Of a DNA stretch of 64,000 nucleotides, positions 12,501 to 26,700 are shown piece by piece. A model generated the notes under the pieces. It was not told where the DNA came from, made no database searches, and saw only the letters and a list, made by a program, of their open reading frames with translations. The translations under genes were made by a program, and so were the position numbers. Origin of the DNA: Eledone cirrhosa (lineage: Eukaryota); NCBI GenBank assembly GCA_964016885.1, contig OZ024740.1:18538001-18602000 (forward strand), given 5' to 3'. Position 1 is the first letter of the stretch; each line of letters starts with the position of its first letter.

Positions 12501-15500
12501 AGTTGACCTATACTAAAGGGCTTCACTGATACTGTTATGTGTGTTATAATGTCCAAGTTGACCTATACTTAAGGGCTTCACTGATAGTGTTATGTGGGTT
12601 GTAATGACCCATTTGACCTATACTAAAGGTCTTCACCGATAGTGTTATGTGTGTTATAATGTCCAAATTGACCTATACTAAAGGACTTCACTGATAGGGT
12701 TATGTGTTATAATGTCCCAGTTGACCTATACTAAAGGGCTTCACTGATAGTGTTATGTGTGTTATAATGTCCCAGTTGACCTATACTAAAGGACTTCACT
12801 GATAGGGTTATGTGTGTTATAATTTCCCAGTTGACTTATACTAAAGGACTTCACTGATAGGGTTATGTGTGTTATAATTTCCCAGTTGACCTATACTAAA
12901 GGACTTCACTGATAGGGTTATGTGTGTTATAATGTCCCAGTTGACCTATACTAATGGATTTCACTGATAGTGTCATGTGTGTTATAATGTCCCAGTTGAC
13001 CTATACTTAAAGGCTTCACTGATAGGGTTATGTGTTATAATGTCCCAGTTGACCTATACTAAAGGGCTTCACTGATAGGGTTATGTGTTATAATGTCCCA
13101 GTTGACTTATACTAAAGGGCTTCACTGATAGTGTTATGTGTTACAATGTCCCAGTTGACCTATACTAAAGGGCTTCACTCATAGTGTTATGTCTTATAAT
13201 GTCCCAGTTGACCTATACTAAAGGGCTTCACTGATAGTGTTATGTGTGTTATAATGTCCCAGTTGACCTATACTAATGGATTTCACTGATAGTGTCATGT
13301 GTGTTATAATGTCCCAGTTGACCTATACTAAAGGGCTTCACTGACAGGGTTATGTGTTATAATGTCCTAGTTGACTTATACTAAAGGACTTCACTGATAG
13401 TGTTATGTGTTATAATGTCCCAGTTGACTTATACTAAAGGACTTTACTGATAGTGTTATGTGTTATAATGTCCCAGTTGACCTATACTAAAGGGCTTCAC
13501 TGATAGTGTTATGTGTGTTATAATGTCCCAGTTGACCTATACTAAAAGACTTCACTGATAGGGTTATGTGTGTTATAATGTCCCAGTTGACCTATACTAA
13601 AGGACTTCACTGATAGGGTTATGTGTGTTATAATTTCCCAGTTGACCTATACTAAAGGACTTCACTGATAGGGTTATGTGTGTTATAATGTCCCAGTTGA
13701 CCTATACTTAAGGGCTTCACTGATAGTGTTATGTGGGTTGTAATGACCCAGTTGACCTATACTAAAGGGCTTCACCGATAGTGTTATGTGTGTTATAATG
13801 TCCAAGTTGACCTATAATAAAGGACTACACTGAAAGTGTTATGTGTGTCATAATGTCCCAGTTGACCTATACTAAACGGCTTCAGTGATAGTGTTATGTG
13901 TGTTATAATGTCCAAGTTGACCTATACTAAAGGACTTCAGTGATAGGGTTATGTGTTATAATGTCCCAGTTGACCTATACTAAAGGGCTTCACTGATAGT
14001 GTTATGTGTGTTATAATGTCCCAGTTGACCTATACTAAAGGACTTCACTGATAGGGTTATGTGTGTTATAATTTCCCAGTTGACCTATACTAAAGGACTT
14101 CACTGATAGGGTTATGTGTGTTATAATGTCCCAGTTGACCTATACTTAAGGGCTTCACTGATAGTGTTATGTGTGTTATAATGTCCCAGTTGAACTATAC
14201 TAAAAGACTTAACTGATAGGGTTATGTGTTATAATGTCTCAGTTGACCTATACAAAAGGACTTCACTGATAGTGTTATATGTTATAATGTCCCAGTTGAC
14301 CTATACTAAAGGACTTCACTGATAGTGTTATGTGTGTTGTAATGACCCAGTTGACCTATACTAAAGGGCTTCACTGATAGGGTTATGTGTGTTATAATGT
14401 CCCAATTGACCTATACTAAAGGACTTCACTGATAGTGTTATGTGTGTTATAATGTCCCAGTTGACCTATACTAAAGGACTTCACTGATAGTGTTATGTAT
14501 TATAATGTCCCAGTTGACCTATACTAAAGGACTTCACTGATAGGGTTATGTGTTATAATGTCCCAGTTGACCAATACTAAAGGACTTCACTGATAGTGTT
14601 ATGTGTGTAATAATGTCCCAGTTGACCTATACTAAAAGGCTCCACTGATAGGCTTATATGTGTTATAATGTACCAGTTGACCTATACTAAAAGGCTCCAC
14701 TGATAGGGTTATGTGTGTTATAATGTCCCAGTTGACCTATACTAAAGGACTTCACTGATAGGGTTATGTGTGTTATAATGTCCCAGTTGACCTATACTAA
14801 AAGGCTCCACTGATAGTGTTATGTGTTATAATGTCCAAGTTGACCTATATTAAAGGACTTCACTGATAGGGTTATGTGTGTTATAATGTCCCAGTTGACC
14901 TATACTAAAGGGCTTCACTGATAGTGTTATGTGTTATAATGTCAGAGTTGACCTATACTAAAGTATTTCACTGATAGTGTCATGTGTGTTATAATGTCCC
15001 AGTTGACCTATACTAATGGATTTAACTGATAGTGTCATGTGTGTTATAATGTCCCAGTTGACCTATACTAAAGGGCTTCACTCATAGTGTTATGTGTTAT
15101 AATGTCCCAGTTGACCTATACTAAAGTATTTCACTGATAGTGTTATAGTGTTATAATGTCCCAGTTGACCTATACTAATGGATTTCACTGATAGTGTCAT
15201 GTGTGTTATAATGTCCCAGTTGACCTATACTTAAGGGCTTCACTGATAGGGTTATGTGTTATAATGACCCAGTTGACCTATACTAAAGGGCTTCACTGAT
15301 AGGGTTATGTGTTATAATGTCTCAGTTGACTTATACTAAAGGGCTTCACTGATAGGGTTATGTGTTATAATGTCCCAGTTGACCTATACTAAAGGGCTTC
15401 ACTCATAGTGTTATGTGTTATAATGTCCCAGTTGACCTATACTAAAGGGCTTCACTGATAGTGTTATGTGTGTTATAATGTCCCAGTTGACCTATACTAA

Positions 15501-18500
15501 TGGATTTCACTGATAGTGTCATGTGTGTTATAATGTCCCAGTTGACCTATACTAAAGGGCTTCACTGACAGGGTTATGTGTTATAATGTCCTAGTTGACT
15601 TATACTAAAGGACTTCACTGATAGTGTTATGTGTGTTATAATGTCCCAGTTGACTTATACTAAAGGACTTTACTGATAGTGTTATGTGTTATAATGTCCC
15701 AGTTGACCTATACTAAAGGGCTTCACTGATAGTGTTATGTGTGTTATAATGTCCCAGTTGACCTATACTAAAAGACTTCACTGATAGGGTTATGTGTGTT
15801 ATAATGTCCCAGTTGACCTATACTAAAGGACTTCACTGATAGGGTTATGTGTGTTATAATTTCCCAGTTGACCTATACTAAAGGACTTCACTGATAGTGT
15901 CATGTGTGTTATAATGTCCCAGTTGACCTATACTAAAGGGCTTCACTGATCGTGTTATGTGTTATAATGTCCCAGTTGACTTATACTAAAGGACTTCACT
16001 GATAGTGTTATGTGTTATAATGTCCCAGTTGACCTATACTAAAGGGCTTCACTGATAGTGTTATGTGTGTTATAATGTCCCAGTTGACCTATACTAAAAG
16101 ACTTCACTGATAGGGTTATGTGTGTTATAATGTCCCAGTTGACCTATACTAAAGGACTTCACTGATAGGGTTATGTGTGTTATAATTTCCCAGTTGACCT
16201 ATACTAAAGGACTTCACTGATAGGGTTATGTGTGTTATAATGTCCCAGTTGACCTATACTAAAGGGCTTCACTGATAGTGTTATGTGTGTTATAATGTCC
16301 CAGTTGACCTATACTTAAGGGCTTCACTGATAGTGTTATGTGGGTTGTAACGACCCAGCTGACCTATACTAAAGGACTTCACTGATAGGGTTATGTGTGT
16401 TATAATGTCAGAGTTGACCTATACTAAAAGGCTCCACTGATAGTGTTATGTGTTATAATGTCCAAGTTGACCTATATTAAAGGACTTCACTGATAGGGTT
16501 ATGTGTGTTATAATGTCCCAGTTGACCTATACTAAAGGGCTTCACTGATAGTGTTCTGTGTGTTGTAATGTCCCAGTTGACCTATACTAAAGGGCTTCAC
16601 TGATAGTGTTATGTGTGTTATAATGTCCCAGTTGACCTATACTAAAGGGCTTCACTGATAGTGTTATGTGTGTTATAATGTCCCAGTTGACCTATACTAA
16701 AGGACTTCACTGATAGTGTTATGTGTGTTATAATGTCCCAGTTGACCTATACTAAAGGGCTTCACTGATAGTGTTATCTGTTATAATGTCCCAGTTGACC
16801 TATACTAAAGGGCTTCACTGATAGTGTTATGTGTTATAATGTCCAAGTTGACTTATACTAAAGACTTCACTGATAGTGTTATGTGTGTTATAATGTCCCA
16901 GTTGACCTATACTAAAGGGCTTAACTGATAGGGTTATGTGTTATAATGTCCCAGTTGACCTATACTAAAGGGCTTCACTGATAGTGTTATGTGTGTTATA
17001 ATGTCCCAGTTGACCTATACTAAAGGGCTTCACTGATAGGATTAAGTGTGTTATAAAGTCCCAGTTGACCTATACTAACGGACTTCACTGATAGGGTTAT
17101 GTTTTATAATGTCCCAGTTGGCTTATACTAAAGGACTTCACTGATAGTGTTATGTGTGTTATAATGTCCCAGTTGACCTATACTAAAGGACTTAACTGAT
17201 AGTGTTATGTGTGTTATAATGTCCCAGTTGACCTATACTAAAGGGCTTCACTGATAGTGTTATGTGTGTTATAATGTCCCAGTTGAACTATACTAAAAGA
17301 CTTCACTAATAGGGCTATGTGTTATAATGTCCCAGTTGACCTATACTAAAGGGCTTCACTGATAGTGTTATGTGTGTTATAATGTCCCAGTTGACCTATA
17401 CTAAAAGACTTCACTGATAGGGTTATGTGTTATTATGTCCCAGTTGACCTATACTAAAGGGCTTCACTGATACTGTTATGTGTGTTATAATGTCCAAGTT
17501 GACCTATACTTAAGGGCTTCAATGATAGTGTTATGTGGGTTGTAATGACCCATTTGACCTATACTAAAGGGCTTCACCGATAGTGTTATGTGTGTTATAA
17601 TGTCCAAATTGACCTATACTAAAGGACTTCACTGATAGGGTTATGTGTTATAATGTCCCAGTTGACCTATACTAAAGGGCTTCACTGATAGTGTTATGTG
17701 TGTTATAATGTCCCAGTTGACCTATACTAAAGGACTTCAGTGATAGGGTTATGTGTGTTATAATTTCCCAGTTGACTTATACTAAAGGACTTCACTGATA
17801 GGGTTATGTGTGTTATAATGTCCCAGTTGACCTATACTTAAGGGCTTCACTGATAGTGTTATGTGTGTTATAATGTCCCAGTTGAACTATACTAAAAGAC
17901 TTAACTGATAGGGTTATGTGTTATAATGTCCCAGTTGACCTATACTAAAGGACTTCACTGATAGGGTTATGTGTGTTATTATGTCCCAGTTGACCTATAC
18001 TTAAGGGCTTCACCGATAGTGTTATGTGTGTTATAATGTCCAAGTTGACCTATACTAAAGGACTACACTGAAAGTGTTATGTGTGTTATAATGTCCCAGT
18101 TGACCTATACTAAACGGCTTCACTGATAGTGTTATGTGTGTTATAATTTCCCAGTTGACTTATACTAACGGGCTTCACTGATAGTGTTATGTGTGTTATA
18201 ATGTCCCAGTTGACCTATACTAATGGATTTAACTGATAGTATCATGTGTTATAATGTCCCAGTTGACCTATATTAATGGACTTCACTGATAGGGTTATGT
18301 GTGTTATAATGTCCCAGTTGACCTATACTAAAGGGCTTCACTGATAGGATTAAGTGTGTTATAAAGTCCCAGTTGACCTATACTAAAGGACTTCACTGAT
18401 AGGGTTATGTTTTATAATGTCCCAGTTGGCTTATACTAAAGGACTTCACTGATAGTGTTATGTGTGTTATAATGTCCCAGTTGACCTATACTAAAGGACT

Positions 18501-19150
18501 TAACTGATAGTGTTATGTGTGTTATAATGTCCCAGTTGACCTATACTAAAGGGCTTCACTGATAGTGTTATGTGTGTTATAATGTCCCATCTTGAACTAT
18601 ACTAAAAGACTTCACTAATAGGGCTATGTGTTATAATGTCCCAGTTGACCTATACTAAAGGGCTTCACTGATAGTGTTATGTGTGTTATAATGTCCCAGT
18701 TGACCTATACTAAAAGACTTCACTGATAGGGTTATGTGTTATTATGTCCCAGTTGACCTATACTAAAGGGCTTCACTGATACTGTTATGTGTGTTATAAT
18801 GTCCAAGTTGACCTATACTTAAGGGCTTCACTGATAGTGTTATGTGGGTTGTAATGACCCATTTGACCTATACTAAAGGGCTTCACCGATAGTGTTATGT
18901 GTGTTATAATGTCCAAATTGACCTATACTAAAGGACTTCACTGATAGGGTTATGTGTTATAATGTCCCAGTTGACCTATACTAAAGGGCTTCACTGATAG
19001 TGTTATGTGTGTTATAATGTCCCAGTTGACCTATACTAAAGGACTTCACTGATAGGGTTATGTGTGTTATAATTTCCCAGTTGACTTATACTAAAGGACT
19101 TCACTGATAGGGTTATGTGTGTTATAATTTCCCAGTTGACCTATACTAAA
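600..19150. repeat. HOR domain A: ~6.25-6.3 kb unit (~115-116 monomers), about 3 tandem copies
   Basis: Rare CAGCTG variant at 3804, 10052, 16356 (spacing 6248, 6304). CAAAAGGACT at 1701, 7950, 14253 (6249, 6303). AAAAGGCTCCACTGATAGGCTTATATG at 2082, 8331, 14634. Confidence 0.93.
4500..6650. repeat. 1,308-bp (24-monomer) sub-repeat nested in HOR A, ~1.6 copies per unit
   Basis: AGGATTAAGTGTGTTATAAAG marker pairs at 4541/5849, 10789/12097 and 17038/18346, each 1,308 bp apart, with the same downstream order of variants. Confidence 0.9.
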
Positions 19151-20759
19151 GGACTTCACTGATAGGGTTATGTGTGTTATAATGTCCCAGTTGACCTATA
19201 CTAAAGGGCTTCACTGATAGTGTTATGTGTGTTATAATGTCCCAGTTGACCTATACTTAAGGGCTTCACTGATAGTGTTATGTGGGTTGTAGTGACCCAG
19301 TTGACCTATACTAAAGGGCTTCACCGATAGTGTTATGTGTGTTATAATGTCCAAGTTGACCTATACTAATGGACTTCACTGATAGGGTTATGTGTTATAA
19401 TGTCCCAGTTGACCTATACTAAAGAGCTTCACTGATAGTGTTATGTGTGTTATAATGTCCCAGTTGACCTATACTAAAGGACTTCACTGATAGGGTTATG
19501 TGTGTTATAATTTCCCAGTTGACTTATACTAAAGGACTTCACTGATAGGGTTATGTGTGTTATAATGTCCCAGTTGACCTATACTTAAGGGCTTCACTGA
19601 TAGTGTTATGTGTGTTATAATGTCCCAGTTGAACTATACTAAAAGACTTAACTGATAGGGTTATGTGTTATAATGTCCCAGTTGACCTATACTAAAGGAC
19701 TTAACTGATAGGGTTATGTGTGTTATTATGTCCCAGTTGACCTATACTTAAGGGCTTCACCGATAGTGTTATGTGTGTTATAATGTCCAAGTTGACCTAT
19801 ACTAAAGGACTACACTGAAAGTGTTATGTGTGTTATAATGTCCCAGTTGACCTATACTAAACGGCTTCACTGATAGTGTTATGTGTGTTATAATTTCCCA
19901 GTTGACTTATACTAACGGGCTTCACTGATAGTGTTATGTGTGTTATAATGTCCCAGTTGACCTATACTAATGGATTTAACTGATAGTGTCATGTGTTATA
20001 ATGTCCCAGTTGACCTATATTAATGGACTTCACTGATAGGGTTATGTGTGTTATAATGTCCCTGTTGACCTATACTAAAGGGCTTCACTGATAGTGTTAT
20101 GTGTGTTATAATGTCCCAGTTGACCTATACTAAAGGACTTCACTGATAGGGTTATGTGTGTTATAATTTCCCAGTTGACTTATACTAAAGGACTTCACTG
20201 ATAGTGTTGTGTGTTATAATGTCCCAGTTGACCTATACTAAAGGGCTTCACTCATAGTGTTATGTGTTATAATGTCCCAGTTGACCTATACTAAAGGGCT
20301 TCACTGATAGTGTTATGTGTGTTATAATGTCCCAGTTGACCTATACTAATGGATTTCACTGATAGTGTCATGTGTGTTATAATGTCCCAGTTGACCTATA
20401 CTAAAGGACTTCACTGATAGTGTTATGTGTTATAATGTCCCAGTTGACTTATACTAAAGGACCTAAACTGATAGTGTTATGTGTTATAATGTCCCAGTTG
20501 ACCTATACTAAAGGGCTTCACTGATAGTGTTATGTGTGTTATAATGTCCCAGTTGACCTATACTAAAAGACTTCACTGATAGGGTTATGTGTGTTATAAT
20601 GTCCAGTTGACCTATACTAAAGTACTTCACTGATAGTGTTATGTGTTATATTGTCTCATTTGACCTATACTAAAGGGCTCCATTGATAGTGTTATGTGTG
20701 TTATAATGTCCCAGTTGACCTATACATAAGGGCTTCACTGATAGTCTTATGCGTGTTAT

Positions 20760-23700
20760 AATGTCCCAGTTGACCTATACTAAAGGGCTTCACTGATAGT
20801 GTTATGTGTGTTATAATGTCCCAGTTGACCTATACTAAAGGGCTTCACTCATAGTGTTATGTGTTATAATGTCCCAGTTGACCTATACTAAAGGGCTTCA
20901 CTGATAGGGTTATGTGTGTTATAATGTCCCAGTTGACCTATACTAATGGATTTCACTGATAGTGTCATGTGTGTTATAATGTCCCAGTTGACCTATACTA
21001 AAGGGCTTCACTGATAGTGTTATGTGTGTTATAATGTCCCAGTTGACCTATACTAAAGGGCTTCACTGATAGGGTTATGTGTGTTATAATGTCCCAGTTG
21101 ACCTATAGTAAAGGATTTCACTGATAGTGTTATAGTGTTATAATGTCCCAGTTGACCTATACTAAAGGACTTCACTGATAGGGTTATGTGTGTTATAATG
21201 TCCCAGTTGACCTATACTAAAGGGCTTCACTGATAGGGTTATGTGTGTTATAATGTCCCAGTTGACCTATACTAAAGGACTTCACTGATAGGGTTATGTG
21301 TGTTATAATGTCCCAGTTGACCTATACTTAAGGGCTTCACTGATAGTGTTAAGTGGGTTGTAATGTCCCAGTTGACCTATACTAAACGTCTTCACCGATA
21401 GTGTTATGTGTGTTATAATGTCCAAGTTGACCTATACTAAAGGACTTCACTGATAGGGTTATGTGTTATAATGTTCCAGTTGACCTATACTAAAGGGCTT
21501 CACTGATAGGGTTATGTGTGTTACAATGTCCCAGTTGACCTATACTAAAGGGCTTCACTGATAATGTTATGTGTGTTATAATTTCCCAGTTGACCTATAC
21601 TAACGGGCTTCACTGATAGGGTTATGTGTGTTATAATGTCCCAGTTGACCTATACTAAAGGATTTCACTGATAGTGTTATAGTGTTATAATGTCCCAGTT
21701 GACCTATACTAATGGATTTCACTGATAGTGTCATGTGTGTCATAATGTCCCAGTTGACCTATACTAAAAGGCTTCACTGATAGTGTTATGTGTGTTATAA
21801 TGTCCCAGTTGACCTATACTAAAGGGCTTCACTGATAGGGTTATGTGTGTTATAATGTCCCAGTTGACCTATAATAAAGGGCTTCACTGATAGGGTTATG
21901 TGTTATAATGTCCCAGTTGACCTATACTAAAGGGCTTCACTGATAGTGTTATGTGTGTTATAATGTCCCAGTTGACCTATACTAAAGGACTTCACTGATA
22001 GTGTTATGTGTGTTATAATGTCCCAGTTGACCTATACTAAAGGACTTCACTGATAGGGTTATGTGTGTTATAATTTCCCCGTTGACCCATACTAAAGGAC
22101 TTCACTGATAGTGTTATGTGTGTTATAATGTCCCAGTTGAACTATACTAAAAGACTTGACTGATAGGGTTATGTGTTATAATGTCCCAGTTGACCTATAC
22201 TAAAGGGCTTCACTGATAGTGTTATGTGTGTTATAATGTCCCAGTTGACCTATACTAAAGGGCTTCACTGATAGGGTTATGTGTGTTATAATGTCCCAGT
22301 TGACCTATAGTAAAGGATTTCACTGATAGTGTTATAGTGTTATAACGTCCCAGTTGACCTATACTAAAGGACTTCACTGATAGGGTTATGTGTGTTATAA
22401 TGTCCCAGTTGACCTATACTAAAGGGCTTCACTGATAGGGTTATGTGTGTTATAATGTCCCAGTTGACCTATAGTAAAGGATTTCACTGATAGTGTTATA
22501 GTGTTATAACGTCCCAGTTGACCTATACTAAAGGACTTCACTGATAGGGTTATGTGTGTTATAATGTCCCAGTTGACCTATACTAAAGGGCTTCACTGAT
22601 AGGGTTATGTGTGTTATAATGTCCCAGTTGACCTATACTAAAGGACTTCACTGATAGTGTTATGTGTGTAATAATTTCCCAGTTGACCTATACTAAAGGA
22701 CTTCACTGATAGGGTTATGTGTGTTATAATGTCCCAGTTGACCTATACTTAAGGGCTTCACTGATAGTGTTATGTGGGTTGTAATGTCCCAGTTGACCTA
22801 TACTAAACGTCTTCACCGATAGTGTTATGTGTGTTATAATGTCCAAGTTGACCTATACTAAAGGACTTCACTGATAGGGTTATGTGTTATAATGTCCCAG
22901 TTGACCTATAATAAAGGGCTTCACTGATAGGGTTATGTGTGTTATAATGTCCCAGTTGACCTATACTTAAGGGCTTCACTGATAGTGTTATGTGTGTTAT
23001 AATGTCCCAGTTGAACTATACTAAAAGACTAGACTGATAGGGTTATGTGTTATAATGTCCCAGTTGACCTATACTAAAGGGCTTCACTGATAGTGTTATG
23101 TGTGTTATAATGTCCCAGTTGACCTATACAAAAGGGCTTCACTGATAGCGTTATGTGTGTTATAATGTCCCAGTTGACCTATACTAAAGGGCTTCACTGA
23201 TAGTGTTATGTGTGTTATAATGTCCCAGTTGACCTATACTAAAGGACTTCACTGATATGGTTATGTGTGTTATAATGTCCCAGTTGACCTATACTAAAGG
23301 ACTTCACTGATAGTGTTATGTGTTATAATGTCTCAGTTGACCTATACTAAAGGACTTCACTGATAGGGTTATGTGTGTTATAATGTCCCAGTTGACCTAT
23401 ACTAATGGGCTTCACTGATAGTGTTATGTGTGTTATACTGTCCAAGTTGACCTATACTAAAAAGCTTCACTGATAGTGTTATGTGTGTTATAATTTCCCA
23501 GTTGACCTATATTAACGGGCTTCACTGATAGTGTTATGTGTGTTATAATGTCCCAGTTGACCTATACTAAAGGGCTTCACTGATAGTGTTATATGTGTTA
23601 TAATGTCCCAGTTGACCTATACTAAAGGGCTTCACTCATAGTGTTATGTGTTATAATGTACCAGTTGACTTATACTAAAGGACTTCACTGATAGTGTTAT

Positions 23701-26700
23701 AGTGTTATAATGTCCCAGTTGACCTATACTAAAGGGCTTCACTCATAGTGTTATGTGTTATAATGTCCCAGTTGACCTATACTAAAGGGCTTCACTGATA
23801 GGGTTATGTGTGTTATAATGTCCCCGTTGACCTATACTAATGAATTTCACTGATAGTGTCATGTGTGTTATAATTTCCCAGTTGACCTATACTAAAGGGC
23901 TTCACTGATAGTGTTATGTGTGTTATAATGTCCCAGTTGACCTATACTAAAGGGCTTCACTGATAGTGTTATGTGTGTTATAATGTCCCAGTTGACCTAT
24001 ACTAAAGGGCTTCACTCATAGTGTTATGTGTTATAATGTCCCAGTTGACCTATACTAAAGGGCTTCACTGATAGGGTTATGTGTGTTATAATGTCCCAGT
24101 TGACCTATACTAATGGATTTCACTGATAGTGTCATGTGTGTTATAATGTCCCAGTTGACCTATACTAAAGGGCTTCACTGATAGTGTTATGTGTGTTATA
24201 ATGTCCCAGTTGACCTATACTAAAGGGCTTCACTGATAGGGTTATGTGTGTTATAATGTCCCAGTTGACCTATAGTAAAGGATTTCACTGATAGTGTTAT
24301 AGTGTTATAACGTCCCAGTTGACCTATACTAAAGGACTTCACTGATAGGGTTATGTGTGTTATAATGTCCCAGTTGACCTATACTAAAGGGCTTCACTGA
24401 TAGGGTTATGTGTGTTATAATGTCCCAGTTGACCTATACTAAAGGACTTCACTGATAGTGTTATGTGTGTAATAATTTCCCAGTTGACCTATACTAAAGG
24501 ACTTCACTGATAGGGTTATGTGTGTTATAATGTCCCAGTTGACCTATACTTAAGGGCTTCACTGATAGTGTTATGTGGGTTGTAATGTCCCAGTTGACCT
24601 ATACTAAACGTCTTCACCGATAGTGTTATGTGTGTTATAATGTCCAAGTTGACCTATACTAAAGGACTTCACTGATAGGGTTATGTGTTATAATGTCCCA
24701 GTTGACCTATACTAAAGGGCTTCACTGATAGGGTTATGTGTGTTACAATGTCCCAGTTGACCTATACTAAAGGGCTTCACTGATAATGTTATGTGTGTTA
24801 TAATTTCCCAGTTGACCTATACTAACGGGCTTCACTGATAGGGTTATGTGTGTTATAATGTCCCAGTTGACCTATACTAAAGGATTTCACTGATAGTGTT
24901 ATAGTGTTATAATGTCCCAGTTGACCTATACTAATGGATTTCACTGATAGTGTCATGTGTGTCATAATGTCCCAGTTGACCTATACTAAAGGGCTTCACT
25001 GATAGTGTTATGTGTGTTATAATGTCCCAGTTGACCTATACTAAAGGGCTTCACTGATAGGGTTATGTGTGTTATAATGTCCCAGTTGACCTATAATAAA
25101 GGGCTTCACTGATAGGGTTATGTGTTATAATGTCCCAGTTGACCTATACTAAAGGGCTTCACTGATAGTGTTATGTGTGTTATAATGTCCCAGTTGACTT
25201 ATACTAAAGGACTTCACTGATAGGGTTATGTGTGTTATAATTTCCCAGTTGACCCATACTAAAGGACTTCACTGATAGGGTTATGTGTGTTATAATGTCC
25301 CAGTTGACCTATACTTAAGGGCCTCACTGATAGTGTTATGTGTGTTATAATGTCCCAGTTGAACTATACTAAAAGACTTGACTGATAGGGTTATGTGTTA
25401 TAATGTCCCAGTTGACCTATAGTAAAGGGCTTCACTGATAGTGTTATGTGTGTTATAATGTCCCAGTTGACCTATACAAAAGGGCTTCACTGATAGGGTT
25501 ATGTGTGTTATAATGTCCCAGTTGACCTATACTAAAGGGCTTCACTGATAGTGTTATGTGTGTTATAATGTCCCAGTTGACCTATACTAAAGGACTTCAC
25601 TGATATGGTTATGTGTGTTATAATGTCCCAGTTGACCTATACTAAAGGACTTCACTGATAGTGTTATGTGTTATAATGTCTCAGTTGACCTATACTAAAG
25701 GACTTCACTGATAGGGTTATGTGTGTTATAATGTCCCAGTTGACCTATACTAATGGGCTTCACTGATAGTGTTATGTGTGTTATACTGTCCAAGTTGACC
25801 TATACTAAAAAGCTTCACTGATAGTGTTATGTGTGTTATAATTTCCCAGTTGACCTATATTAACGGGCTTCACTGATAGTGTTATGTGTGTTATAATGTC
25901 CCAGTTGACCTATACTAAAGGGCTTCACTGATAGTGTTATATGTGTTATAATGTCCCAGTTGACCTATACTAAAGGGCTTCACTCATAGTGTTATGTGTT
26001 ATAATGTACCAGTTGACTTATACTAAAGGACTTCACTGATAGTGTTATAGTGTTATAATGTCCCAGTTGACCTATACTAAAGGGCTTCACTCATAGTGTT
26101 ATGTGTTATAATGTCCCAGTTGACCTATACTAAAGGGCTTCACTGATATGGTTATGTGTGTTATAATGTCCCCGTTGACCTATACTAATGAATTTCACTG
26201 ATAGTGTCATGTGTGTTATAATTTCCCAGTTGACCTATACTAAAGGGCTTCACTGATAGTGTTATGTGTGTTATAATGTCCCAGTTGACCTATACTAAAG
26301 GGCTTCACTGATAGTGTTATGTGTGTTATAATGTCCCAGTTGACCTATACTAAAGGGCTTCACTCATAGTGTTATGTGTTATAATGTCCCAGTTGACCTA
26401 TACTAAAGGGCTTCACTGATAGGGTTATGTGTGTTATAATGTCCCAGTTGACCTATACTAATGGATTTCACTGATAGTGTCATGTGTGTTATAATGTCCC
26501 AGTTGACCTATACTAAAGGGCTTCACTGATAGTGTTATGTGTGTTATAATGTCCCAGTTGACCTATACTAAAGGGCTTCACTGATAGGGTTATGTGTGTT
26601 ATAATGTCCCAGTTGACCTATAGTAAAGGATTTCACTGATAGTGTTATAGTGTTATAACGTCCCAGTTGACCTATACTAAAGGACTTCACTGATAGGGTT

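Noticed and set aside
18585-18600. Singleton indel-type variants (CCCATCTTGAAC ~18586, AAAGAGCTTC 19421, GGACTTTTAC ~48304)
   Set aside because: Each is seen once and cannot be distinguished from consensus or sequencing error without reads.
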